Shown here: one piece after another, positions 1-11,479 of the stretch
Numbering within the stretch: the first letter of the stretch is position 1
Layout: every line of letters starts with the position of its first letter
Assembly (NCBI GenBank): GCA_027066455.1
Contig: JAMONT010000083.1
Coordinates: 4,052 to 68,051 of the forward strand
Direction of reading: 5' to 3'
DNA length: 64,000 nt
Source: Candidatus Altimarinota bacterium
GTDB taxonomy: Bacteria > Patescibacteriota > Gracilibacteria > BD1-5 > UBA6164
Notes under the pieces: generated by a model
Databases searched by the model: none
What the model saw: the letters and a program-made list of their open reading frames with translations, nothing else
Told to the model about the DNA's origin: nothing
Made by a program: the position numbers and the translations under genes

Positions 1-801
1 TATACTCTTTTGAATCCGGGGGAATATTTGGAAAAAAATCTTTGGGAAAAGTTGGATTCTTGTATTTTGACAAGTGCAACTTTGAAAATATGAAACAATT
101 TTGATTATATAAAAAATATTTTGCATTTAGACAGTTTTGAATTTGAAACTTTTGAGTCAGATTTTGATTATTCAAAACAGGCACTTTTGTTTATTCCAAA
201 TGATTTGTGAGATATTAGAACAAATTTAGATGTTTTAAAAGAATTTTTGTTAAAATTTTTTATAATTGTAAAATGAAAAACACTTGTTTTAACAACAGCT
301 TTTGCAACAATTAGGGAACTTTATGTTTATTCTAACAAAGATTTGAAAGCAAAAAAGATTTCACTTTATGCTCAAGGTTTTTGAGGAAGTAAGCATAAAC
401 TTTTAGAATTTTTTAAGCAAGATTCTAAAAATTCAATTTTAATTTGAACAGATACTTTTTGGGAATGAATAGATATTGCTTGAGAAGATTTGAGTTATTT
501 AATTATTCACAAATTTCCATTTATAGTTCCAAATGATCCAATTTTTATGGCAAGAAGTTCACTTTTCAAAGATGCTTTCAGAGATTATTCTATTCCAAAA
601 ACTATTCTAAAATTAAAGCAAGGTTTTGGAAGATTAATCAGAACAAAAGAGGACAAATGAGTTGCAATTTTACTTGATAATAGAATTATTACAACTGCTT
701 GGTGAGAAGTTTTTTTTGAAGCTTTTCCTGAAAATATTAATATAAAAGTTGGAAGTAGTGAGGATTTTTTGAAAATTATGGAGAAAAAGGTGGGAAAATA
801 A
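1..801 (+). CDS. DinG/Rad3-family ATP-dependent DNA helicase, C-terminal part (5' end outside window)
   Basis: Frame 1 is open from nt 1 to TAA 799-801 with TGA=Gly. Translation ...LTSATLKIGNNFDYIKNIL...ILIGTDTFWEGIDIAGEDLSYLIIHKFPF...LKQGFGRLIRTKEDKGVAILLDNR resembles the C-terminal helicase motifs of DinG-like proteins. Confidence 0.7.
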
Positions 802-826
802 AAACTCTAGTTTTCTAGAGTTTTTG
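802..826 (+). terminator. Rho-independent terminator-like hairpin
   Basis: AAACTCTAG-TTTT-CTAGAGTTT followed by a T run, directly after the helicase stop and between convergent genes. Confidence 0.55.
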
Positions 827-887
827 TTTATAAAGTTTTAGGATTTTTTTCATTTTTTAATAGGTGTTTAGTTTTTTTATAAAAAAT

Positions 888-2777
888 TTAACTTTTCCAT
901 TTATCAACTAATGTTATAGTTTCACTATTAGGTCTATTTTCTTTATTTTCTATTTCTCAAACTTTCATAACTATTGGAATTTGTGCAATTAATCAAGCTA
1001 ATATACAAGTTCAAGTTGCTAAATTAGGAATTGAATCTGCTGAAATTTTATCTAAATATGCAATTGTTTTTTCAACAGCCATTAAATCATTATTATTTAT
1101 CAACCTATGTAAAAAATAATTATGTAATTGTGAAATAATTGTAGAAGAGATATCTGATGGTCTTTGACTTGCAATAGTTAAAAATGTTCAAAATTTTCTT
1201 CCTTCTTTTATTATTTCTTCAAAAACCTCTAATCTATAATCTTTCCATTGTTCACTTTCTCTATCTGAATTTCTTGATAAAATATTATGTGCTTCATCAA
1301 TTATTATATGTAAAGATTTATTTTTATCAGTATTTTTTTTCTTTTCATCATATAATTCTTTTACTAAAAGCATTGGTATCATCTTTCTAATATCTAAGTT
1401 TACATTTCTTAATGAAATTATTGTAAAATTAGAATCAAATCTATCTGAATCATTTTTTAATCTAATTACTTTTTCTAAATCCAAAATTCTTTTTTCTAAT
1501 CTTTTTATTAAAGGTGATAAATGTTCTTTATTTGAAAAACCTCTAATCATTTCATCATAATATTTAATTATTATTACTAATCATATTTTTCTTATACTAT
1601 CTAATCTTGAAATGCAATTTATATCAAATAATCATATTTTTTCCTCAATTTTTATTTTAAATCAAGTTGGATTTTCATTAGCAAATATTCAATCTAATTG
1701 AAAAGAAAATCTTTCTGTTCATCAAACTAACTTATCTCTAAAATATTGAGCAACATTTCTTATACTACTTTCTCACATGAAATTTGCTAATTCATATAAA
1801 AAATCTTCTGTAATTGTTTTATCTACTGCTCCTCCACTTACAGATGTAGCATTAATTATTTTTTCAACTATTAATTGTTTAAATGTAGTAATATTATTCA
1901 ATTTTTCTTCTATAAAAGTATCTTTAATTGCTCTATTTAAAAAAGGCATTTGAGTTTTTTCAGTTGCTTCAAGAAAAATTGACCAAAAAGTAGTATTTTT
2001 AAGAGTTTTTTTATTTATAGGAAATTTATCATCTTCACCTATACCTTCTATTTGTTTATTAGTAGTTAATTCAAAAATATTTTTATATTTTTTTCAATTA
2101 ATTTTTTTTTTGATAATAGCATCTCAAATATATTCTCAATTAAAATCTATAAGACAAAATTTTGCTCTTTCTTGAAAATTTAGATTATCTTTATATTTTT
2201 CAAAAAGTTCTTTATAAATTTTTGCTAAAGTATAAGATTTTCAACTTCAAGTATTTCAAAAAATTCAAACATGACTAGCAAATAATTTATTTACTCATAA
2301 TAAAATATCTTGTCAATCATCATACTCTAATTTTCAAATTTTTATTGGTTCATCCTTATTATCAAGAAAATCATGAATTTTTTCAAATTCTTCTCTAGTT
2401 AATAAATAACAAGTATTATCAATTAATGGTAATTCTTTTATTCATCTTTTAAATTTATCTCACTCAAAAAATCATAAAATTTTTATATTTAAAATTCTAT
2501 ATATTTTTTCTTTATTACTTGAATATTCAGTGTTTTCTTTACTTTCTTTTATAGTTTCTCATTCAATCTTTCAAATCATTACTTCAAATCATTTTTTTAT
2601 TTTTATATAACCTCAAACAGAGATATTTTGAATAATATCTCATTTATATAAAATTGAAGAAGTATTTTTTCAAGTATCAACCTTAACTCTTACAGATTGT
2701 CAAATTATTTCAATAACATCTCATATTTTAAATATTGAATTATCAACTATGTGATTTTCTGTTAATTTATTCATCAT
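888..2777 (-). CDS. herA: HerA-type (DUF87) ATPase, partner of SIR2 in a SIR2-HerA defence operon
   Basis: 630-codon ORF once the many in-frame TGA are read as Gly; in frame with track ORF 1188-1550. Walker A is HVGIFGNTGSGKSYTLA (2235-2267) and Walker B is LHIIIDEAHNIL. The N-terminal part is barrel-like (GDVIEIIGQSVRVKV...). The start ATG overlaps the SIR2 stop by 11 nt. Confidence 0.8.
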
Positions 2778-3855
2778 TTTGGTTATTGTTATTATTTATT
2801 TTTTTTTGTTCATTATATGGAACTATTTTTTCAAAAACTTCTTCTGTTATTGTTTTAAAATTATATCTTTGTTCTCATTCTGGATAAACTATTTCTATAT
2901 TTTTATTTTTTGCTTCTTCTTCCATTTTTACTAATAATTTATCATTAAGACTTTGTTGTCCTACTTCCTTTTTAGGAGAATATTTAAAAATATAAATTTT
3001 TAATGTAGGATTAGAATTAGTAACTCTTAATGTTAAATTTCTAATATGTTCATCTGCAAAAGAAAATCACATTACAAAAAGTAAACTATTTTCTTTTTCT
3101 AATTCATTTGAATAATATCTTAATAAATCATAATAATGCTGATTTAAAACAGTATCTTCAAACTTAGTTTTTTTAGGATTAACTATTGTAAGCTTATCAT
3201 ATCTTTCAACTTCAAAATCTCAATTATCAATTTCTTTTACTAATTCTAAATTTCTATCAAAATAAATTTTCGTATTTTCTGTATCTTGTTTCCAAGATAA
3301 AGAACCATGAATTTTTAAAATATTAAAAATTGGTATCTCTGAAGTATTTTCATAATGAAGACTTTTTTTATAAATTGATTTTTTAAAATTTCATACATCA
3401 AAAATTGGATTAATTTTTCAATGAAATCAATCATTATATTCTAATCAAGTTTCTTCTAATGCTTTTTCAGAAAAAATATCAATATTTGTAGTAAATACAT
3501 TTACTTGCTTTGTTAAAATTGTATTTTCTCTTTTTAAAAGAATATTATTTATTATTTTATAAAAATTTTTATAATATTTTAAAGTATTGTCTTTATTTTC
3601 ATTTTCTACTTCATCAATAATTTTAATATTTCAAACCATACATGTTTCAAAATATTGTTTTTTTAGTTCAATTATTCTAGCTTGTGTTTCATTTGTACTA
3701 TTTTCAGAGTCATTTTTTTCAGCCTCTGTTAAATCAATTTCAATTGTAGTTAATGTTCCTAAAAAATCACTTGATAAGCCTGAACCAAGTAAAAAATTAA
3801 TATTTCAACTATCAATTCATTTTTTTATATTTCTAATTAAATTTATTTTTTCCAT
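2767..3855 (-). CDS. SIR2-family (SIR2_2-like) NAD-dependent effector protein
   Basis: 363-codon ORF with TGA=Gly. Motifs are NFLLGSGLS (GAGxS-like NAD pocket), VFTTNID (TTNYD-like) and LKIHGSLSW (catalytic His). It is translationally coupled to herA. Confidence 0.8.
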
Positions 3856-3880
3856 ATTCTTTATTAAAAATTATTCTTTT

Positions 3881-3948
3881 CCACACTATACCTAAAACCA
3901 AAAAAAATCAAAATCTAATAACTAAAAAAAATCTAGAAAAATTTCTAG
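3881..3948. repeat. Direct repeat copy A (about 68 bp) containing the hairpin CTAGAAAAATTTCTAG
   Basis: ccacactatacctaaaaccaaaaaaaatcaaaatctaataactaaaaaaaatctagaaaaatttctag closely matches 4277-4344. Confidence 0.8.
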
Positions 3949-3969
3949 TCTTTATATAGTCTTATACTC

Positions 3970-4251
3970 TCAATTAGAAAATTTATGAATAATTGAAGCT
4001 AAATATGTTTGATAAGGAAGTCCTTCTTTTATAGCCATTGCTTTTATTTTCAAAATATCTTCTTGAAATAATCTAATATTCAAAGCTTTTTTTCTAGTTT
4101 TCTTTTCAATGGTATTTTTTGCTATAATTTTTGCTTCATTTTTAAATTGTTCTACTTTTTTTTCACTCATAGAATCATAATTTCAATTTTCAATACTTTT
4201 AAAAAAATCTAATTCATCTTTAGAATAAATTTCATTATCTTTTTTTACCAT
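3970..4251 (-). CDS. Ribbon-helix-helix (CopG/BrnA-like) antitoxin-like protein, no adjacent toxin
   Basis: Extends track ORF 3970-4170 upstream through one TGA to ATG at 4251. C-terminal KKALNIRLFQEDILKIKAMAIKEGLPYQTYLASIIHKF is typical of BrnA/CopG-type RHH antitoxins. Confidence 0.55.
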
Positions 4252-4276
4252 AATTTTTATATTAAAAAATATTTCT

Positions 4277-4344
4277 CCACATTATACTCACCACCAAAAA
4301 AAATCCAAATCTAATAACTAAAAAAAATCTAAAAATTTTTCTAG
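4277..4344. repeat. Direct repeat copy B (about 68 bp)
   Basis: ccacattatactcaccaccaaaaaaaatccaaatctaataactaaaaaaaatctaaaaatttttctag. With copy A it brackets the RHH gene. Confidence 0.8.
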
Positions 4345-4509
4345 ATTTTTTGTTTATAAAATTTTAAAATTTTTCTTTTTATTCATTTTCAATGTAAACT
4401 TTCATTAATCATTTACTTTATCTATAAATTCCTCATTTGAATTTATTTATATTTGATTTTTTATGTATTATATTGTATAATAAAAGTAATAATTATAAAA
4501 TAAAAAAAT

Positions 4510-5322
4510 ATGTTTAAAAAATTAACAAAAGTTGAATTAAGATATATTAGATATATTAAAGAAGTATATACACATTTTCCTGTCTATAAATTATTTCTTT
4601 TATCTATAATTTGATGAACAACTACTGCTCTTTGTATCTATTTTGATTATTCATATAATATGAGAATTGTTGTTTCATTTTTCTTTGTATGAATATTTTT
4701 TGTTTTTAGTATAGTTATGAGTTTAATAAGTGAAAGAAGGTTTAAAGCATATGATGAAATTGCCTTAATTAAAGCAAATTTAATTTCTACTTTACAAATT
4801 ATAAAAGTAAAAAAAATTCCTGAAGAAAAAAAGATATTTAAAAATATTTCTAAAATTATGTTTAGAATTCAAGAAAATCTTAGAAATGAAGATGAAGAAA
4901 AGAACTTTGAACTTATGAAAAAAATGGATGATAGTATTAGTTATTTATCTAATGTTGCTGAAATAATGTTAAAAAATTGAGTTTCTAGTTCTGAAACTTC
5001 AAGAATTCAGCAATTTCTAGCTCAAATAAATTTTTCAGTACAAAAATTGATTTATATAAAACAAAAAAGAACACCTAAATTATTAAAATTATTTTTATAC
5101 ACTTCACTTCCTGTTTCAGTAATAATTTTATCACCATGATTTGCAGAATTATGAGTTTTATGAATAATTTCATCAATGATAATTTCTTTTTTACTTTCAA
5201 TGTTACTTATAATTCAAAATAAAATAGAAAAGCCTTTTAGTTGAGAAATTGATGATATTAAACTTAGAAATATTGCAATGTTCACAAAAAGAATAAAAAA
5301 TATTTTTAAAAATAAATTTTAG
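4510..5322 (+). CDS. Hypothetical membrane protein (two N-terminal and two C-terminal hydrophobic helices)
   Basis: ATG 4510 to TAG 5320-5322, same frame as track ORF 4717-4980, read through TGA codons. No family recognised. Confidence 0.55.
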
Positions 5323-5373
5323 AAATAGATTTTTTAGAGTATAATAAAAAAAAATAATTTTTAAATTAAATAA

Positions 5374-7287
5374 ATGGCTGAATTAGTAGACACATATATA
5401 GAAGAAGAATTACAAAAAATAGTTTCAAAAGTTCTAGAAATTCATGGAGAGGATTTTAATTTTTATGAAATAGAAGAAATTTGTCTGGATTTTTTAAATG
5501 AAATTCCAGCTAAAATAAAAGATGTTACTAAAATTAAAAGACTTATAAAATATGTAAATAAAGAGTTTGAATTAGAAAATAAAGTAGGGAATGAAAATTT
5601 TCATTCTTTACAAAATAATTCACAATACAGTTTAGGAAAAATTCCAAAATATTTATTTGAATGAAAAACAAGAATTCAATCATGATTAATTAATATTATA
5701 GATTTAAAAGCAAATATTTGATTAACTGAACTTTTTGACTGACTTAATTTAAAAGTAAATAAAACTGATAAAATAGCTCTAATTTGAAAAAATGGTTGTT
5801 GAAAAACAACTTTATTAAAAATGATTATTTGAAAAAAAATTGATTTAATAGAAAGTGAATGAGAAATAAAACTTGCTCAATGATTAAATATTTGATACTT
5901 ATCACAAGATTTATTTTGGGAATCAGAAAACAATACTTTAGAAGAAGAAATGTTTAAAATTTTTCCAGAAATAACACAAAAAGTTGAAGAATTAGAAAAA
6001 ATCTCCCTTTTACAAAGGGAGTACCCGGAGGGGGAGGGATTTGAATGTGAGTACACAAAAATCCAAGAATTAACAGAATATTTACTAGAAAATGATTGAT
6101 TTAAAAAATATGAATTGCAAAAAAATATTTTGAAATATTTTGGTTTTTCAGATGAAAGAATGAAACAAAATGTTTTAAGTTTATCTGGTTGAGAACAAAC
6201 AAAAGTTCAAATTGCAAAATTTTTAATACAGCAAGTAGATTTATTAATTCTTGATGAACCAACAAATCATTTGGATATTGAATGAATTATTTTTCTTGAA
6301 AAGTTTTGTCAAAATTGGAAAAAAGCAATAATATCAATTTCTCATGATAAAAAATTTATTGATAATTCTAGTGAAAAAATAGTTGAAATTTATAGACATA
6401 AGGCTTTTAATTATGTTTGAAAATACTGTGATTATGAAAAACAAAAACAAGAAAGGTATGATAAAGAACTAAAAGATTTTAAAGACCAGAAAAAAATAAT
6501 TGATGAAGAAGAAGTATATATAAATAGATTTAGAGCAAATTCAGCAAAAGCATCAGCTATTCAATCTAGAATAAAAGCACTTGATAAAGTAGTAAGATTA
6601 AAAGAACCTGAACATGATCAAAAAGCAAGATTTATTTCTATTTCAACAACTAGAAGATTACCAGAAATAATTATAAAATTAAGAAATATTGAAGTTTGAT
6701 ATGATGAAATTTTAATAGAATTGCCAGAAGAAATTAATGTTTTGAAAACAGATAAAATATGAATAATTTGAGCAAATTGAACAGGTAAAACTACACTTTT
6801 AAAAACAATTTTATGAGATTTGAAAGCTTTAAATTGAACAAGTGAAATTAATGAAACTTTAAAAATTGGTTCATTTGCACAAATTCTTGATGAATTAAAT
6901 TTAGAAAATTCAATAATTAATGAATTATCTGAAAGTTTAAATGAGCAACAAGAAGTAAGAAAAATTTTGTGATGACTTTTAATAAAATGAGAAAAAGTTA
7001 ATCAAAAAATAAACTCTCTCTCATGATGAGAAAGAGCAAAAGTATGACTTACAAAAATGCTTTTACAAAAACCAGATATAATAATAATGGATGAACCTAC
7101 AAACCATCTAGATTTGCATTCAAAAGAAATTATCAAAACAATGTTAAAATGATTTGACTGAATGACTCTTATTGTTTCACATGACAGAGATTTACTTGAA
7201 AATGTATCTAATAAAATTTGGTTAATTAGAGATAAAAAAATGGAAATTTTTGATGAAGTTGAAAAATGAATTAGAGAGGTTTATTAA
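5374..7287 (+). CDS. ABC-F family ATPase (tandem ABC domains, EttA/Uup-like) with an N-terminal extension of about 100 aa
   Basis: Two Walker A motifs (GKNGCGKTTLLK, GANGTGKTTLLK), two signatures (LSGGEQTKV, LSGGERAKV) and two Walker B motifs (LLILDEPTNHLD, IIIMDEPTNHLD). 638 codons with TGA=Gly. Confidence 0.85.
6002..6051 (+). repeat. GC-rich palindromic element, variant copy, in-frame inside the ABC-F gene
   Basis: tctcccttttacaaagggag-tacccggagggggaggg-atttgaatgtgag. Translated as SLLQREYPEGEGFECE in the linker of ABC domain 1. Confidence 0.6.
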
Positions 7288-7320
7288 TCTTAAAAAGTAA
7301 AAAGTTCTATTTCATAATTA

Positions 7321-9147
7321 TTATTCTACAGTTACACTTTTTGCTAAATTTTGAGGTTTGTCTACATCTTTTCATAATTCTTTTGCTATTTCTACAGCAA
7401 AACTCCACATTGGAATTAAAGGAATAAAAGGAGCTAAAATATGAGAAACTTCTGGAACTTCTATAATATCATCATATAATTCTTCATTTTTATCTCACTT
7501 TGTAACAACTCATAAAACAGTTGTATTTCTTGCTTTTACTTCTTTTATATTTGAAACTGTTTTACTTTTTAAAACTCATTTCAAATTCAAAGCAATACAA
7601 GGAAAATCTGGTCAAACAAGAGCTAAGGGGCCATGTTTTAATTCTCAAGTTGAATAACATTCACTATGTAAATAAGTCAATTCTTTTAGTTTTAAAGAAC
7701 ATTCTTCAGCTGTTCAATATAATAAATTTCTTCATAAAAAGAAAAAGTTTTTATATTTAGAATATTTTTTTGCTAATTTTTTGATATTTTTTGTATTTCA
7801 AAGTTGAGATTTCATCAAAATATTCAATTCTCAAATTTCTCAAATTATTTCTCTAATTTTAGAAATTTGAAGATTTCTTTTTTTACCAAAACTAAGTGAC
7901 ATAAGTAATAAAACTCATAATTGTCCTATAATATTTTTTGTAGAAGCAACTCAAATTTCTATTCAAGAATGAGTATATAATCAATAATCACACATTCTAG
8001 CAACTGTTGAACCAACAACATTTACAAGCCCAAAAGTAATTCATCATTTTTCTTTTACAATTCTAACAGATTCCCTAACATCTGCTGTTTCTCCTGATTG
8101 ACTAATAAAAACATAAAGAGTTTTTTTATTTGGCAAGAAAGTATCATATAAAAATTCTGAAGAAATTGTTACCAAGCAAGGCATTCAAGCTAATTCTCTA
8201 AACCAGTAAGAACTTGTTACTCAAGCAAAATAAGATGAACCACTTGCAATAATCTCTATTCTTTCAATATCAAGTTCTCAAAGTTCAGCCAAAGTTTCAT
8301 TTGTAATTGTTTTATTTTCAAAATTAATTCTTCATTTTAAACAATTTAGTAAAACTTCTGGTGCTTCATAAATTTCTTTTTCAGTAAAAGTTTCAAAATC
8401 TCACTTTGTAGCTATTTGAAAATCTTCAGTAATTTTCTCAGAATTTCTAAAAATTTCTTTTCATAAACTAAAAATTTTATGTTTTCAATTTTTTAAAACT
8501 ACTATTTCTTTATCTTCTAAAATAAAAAATTCTTTACAATTTTGACTAAGAGCATTTATATCACTAGACAAAAAACAAGCTTGTGTATCAATTCCTAAAA
8601 TCATAGGACTTCAAAATTTTGTTCATATTAAAACATCAGGATTTTCAGTGTCAATAATTCCAAGAGCATAAGCTCAAACAAGTTTTTGAGTAAGTTTTGA
8701 AATAGTTTCTATCAAATTTCAATCAAATAAATCTTCTATTAATTTTGCAATAATTTCAGTATCAGTTTCAGAATAAAATTCATATCATTTTTTTATTAAA
8801 TCTTTTTTAAGTTCAGCATAATTTTCAATAATTCAATTATGAACAACAAAAAATCTTTTATTTGAAGAATAATGAGGATGAGTATTTTTTTCTGTAACTC
8901 CTCAATGAGTAGCCCATCTTGTGTGAGCAATTCCTGAATTATAATCTTTATCTTTATTTTTATTTAGTTCTACTTTTCCTGCCAAATTACTAACTTTTCA
9001 AACAGCTTTTTCTAAAAAAATTTTTCCACCTTTAGTAATTCAAAAAACTCAAGCACTATCATAACCTCTATATTCCAAATTTGTTAATCCTTCAACCAAA
9101 AAAGGTATAGAATTTTTATTTCAATTATAAGCAAATATTCAACACAT
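7321..9147 (-). CDS. glmS: Glutamine--fructose-6-phosphate aminotransferase
   Basis: 609 codons. N-terminal MCGIFAY..., GIAHTRWATHG, SQSGETADV, C-terminal ...DKPQNLAKSVTVE. Dense TGA-Gly codons explain the absence of any track ORF on this strand. Confidence 0.9.
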
Positions 9148-9214
9148 AGTTTTATTTTTAAAAAGTACAAAATAATATTTTTTTTATGGTATTATCAAAA
9201 AAAGTTTTTAGTAT

Positions 9215-10765
9215 TTAAACTTCTTCCTCTTTTTTTCTAAAACTAAGAGCTTCTAAAATATGTTTTGTTTCTATATTTTTTATCTCTTCTAAATCAGCAA
9301 TAGTTCTAGATAATTTTAAAATTCTGTAATAAGCTCTTGCTGATAAATCCATTGAAGCAACAGCTTGTTTTAATATTTTTTCACTTTCTGAATCTAAAAT
9401 ACAAAACTTATTAATTTGTTTTGTTTGCATTTCAGCATTAAAAGTTATTTTAGTATTTTCAAATCTTTTTAATTGCAAAATTCTAGCTTTTTCAACTCTT
9501 GTTTTAATACTTTCACTTGTTTCTCTTCAAGAGTAATCTTCTCAAGTTTTAAATTCTTCTGTTTTCACTTTTGGAACTTCTATAAAAATATCTATTCTAT
9601 CAATTAATGGTCAAGAAAGTCTTGATCTGTAATTAGAAATTTGTCTAATTGAACAAATACATTCTTTATCTGGGTCAGTTAAAAAACCACAAGGGCAAGG
9701 ATTCATTGCTCAAACTAAAATAAAATTAGCAGGATAAGTATAAGTTGCATTTACTCTGTTTACTGTAATCATTCAGTCTTCTAAAGGTTGTCTTAAAACT
9801 TCTAAAACTGATTTTTCAAATTCCAAAATTTCATCTAAAAATAAAACTCATTTATGAGATAAAGAAATTTCTCCAGGTTTAGCATTAGTTCAACCTCAAA
9901 TTATACTTATAGCAGAAGCTGTATGATGAACTGTTCTAAAAGGTCTTTTTGTAATAATTGGATTATCATGAGTTAAAAGTCCAGAAATAGAATAAATTTT
10001 ACTGATTTCTATAGCTTCATTTATACTTAATTCAGGTAAAATTCCAGAAAAACTTTTTGATAACATAGTTTTTCAACTTCAAGGAGGTCATTCCATAATT
10101 ATATTATGTCCTCAAGCTGCTGCTATTTCTAAAGCTCTTTTTGCATGATTTTGACCAATTACATATTTAAAATCAAATTTTGAATTTTCAGAAAACTTAT
10201 TTGCTTTTTTTGAAAAATCTTTGAAATCAAGTTTTGGTGTTATATCTAAAGCAATTTCAGAGTTTAACATTTTTATAACTCAAGTCAAATTTTTTACTCT
10301 AATAATTTCAATTCAAGGAATTATTGAAGCTTCTGGAGAATTTTCATATGGTATAAAAATTCTTTTAAAACCTTTTTCTTTTGCTTTTATAGTTGCTGGT
10401 AAAATAGAATTTACTTTTCTTAAATCTCAGTTTAAAGATAATTCTCAAATAAAAATTGATTCAGAAATTAATTTTTCTTCTATTTCTCCAGAATTAAGTA
10501 AAATTCCTATAGCAATAGGAAAGTCAAAACTAGGCCCAGTTTTTTTAATGTCAGCTGGAGCTAAATTTACAATAATTCTATTGGTTGGAAGTTTTTTTCA
10601 AGAATTTTTCAAAGCAGACCTAATTCTTTCCTTAGATTCTTGAACAGATTGATCAGGAAGTCCAACTATTTTAAAAGCTGGCATTCAATTATTTATATCA
10701 ACTTCTATTTCTATTATTTCTGAATTTAATCAATTTACAGTTATAGAATGTATTTTTGAAATCAT
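9215..10765 (-). CDS. comM: Mg-chelatase-like AAA+ protein ComM/YifB
   Basis: 517 codons. GPPGSGKTML Walker [12 protein letters not shown] Walker B, MNPCPCG motif. The C-terminus equals track ORF 9215-9478. Confidence 0.9.
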
Positions 10766-10825
10766 AATTTTTATTTTTTTTAAGAAAATATTAAGGAAAT
10801 TTTATAAAATAAAAAACCTCATAAT

Positions 10826-10872
10826 GAAGCCTCTTTCCTTTTGACCAAAAGGAGAGAATTCAAGAGAGGAAT
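10826..10872 (+). repeat. GC-rich palindromic element, intergenic copy
   Basis: gaagcctctttccttttgaccaaaaggagagaattcaagagaggaa. Ends about 7 nt from the stop codon (10879-10881) of the minus-strand gene. Confidence 0.75.
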
Positions 10873-10878
10873 ATTATT

Positions 10879-11280
10879 TTATAAACCTAATTGTGCTTTT
10901 ATATCATCAATAGCTCAAGCATCTTGTTGTTCAACTTCTTTTTTTGCTTTTTCAGCAATATAAACTTCTCCTAATTGAATCCATTCTTTTTTTTGTTTTG
11001 TTAATAACTTTTTTATATCTTCTGGATGTTTTCCAGCTAATTCTCTGAATTTTTGTCTTTCTTCAACAAAAACTTTTGTAAGTTCATCAAATTGAAATTG
11101 AGAAAGTCCAGGTTGTTCATCATTTTTAGCAACTGCATCAATAACTCTTTTTTTCTCATCAGTATTCAAAGAAAGAGAATGTTTTAATAAATCACAAAAT
11201 TCTTCCACATTAACAACAACATCATCTCTATGATTTTTTAATAATGCTAATATTATTTCATTAACTTCTATATCTGTCAT
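10879..11280 (-). CDS. Hypothetical protein
   Basis: Track ORF 10915-11280 extended through one TGA to TAA at 10879-10881 (adds GAIDDIKAQLGL). Confidence 0.6.
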
Positions 11281-11363
11281 AATTTTACTTGATTAAAAAA
11301 TATTTTATACCTTTTTATAATATGAAAAAAAGCTAAATAGTCAAAAAAATTTTAAAAAAAAAA

Positions 11364-11410
11364 TTCCCCACTTGAATTCTCCCCTTTTGTAAAAAAAGGG
11401 AAGAGGCACA
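11364..11410 (-). repeat. GC-rich palindromic element, intergenic copy in reverse orientation
   Basis: The reverse complement reads tgtgcctcttccctttttttacaaaaggggagaattcaagtggggaa. Confidence 0.7.
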
Positions 11411-11427
11411 TAATTAATTACAATAAT

Positions 11428-11475
11428 TTGTAGCCCCCTTCCTTTTGACCAAAAGGAAGGGATTCAGGGAAGGAA
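11428..11475 (+). repeat. GC-rich palindromic element, intergenic copy
   Basis: tttgtagcccccttccttttgaccaaaaggaagggattcagggaaggaa. Ends 4 nt from the stop codon 11480-11482 of the beta-propeller gene. Confidence 0.8.
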
Positions 11476-11479
11476 TTTT

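Noticed and set aside
3587-3895. 102-aa + strand ORF
   Set aside because: Antisense to the SIR2 gene, which has clear catalytic motifs on the minus strand.
9148-9214. glmS ribozyme upstream of glmS
   Set aside because: Only 67 nt separate glmS from the comM stop, which is too short for the ribozyme core. No conserved ribozyme elements are visible.
10221-10643. 140-aa + strand ORF
   Set aside because: Antisense to comM. It has a TTG start and no recognisable features.
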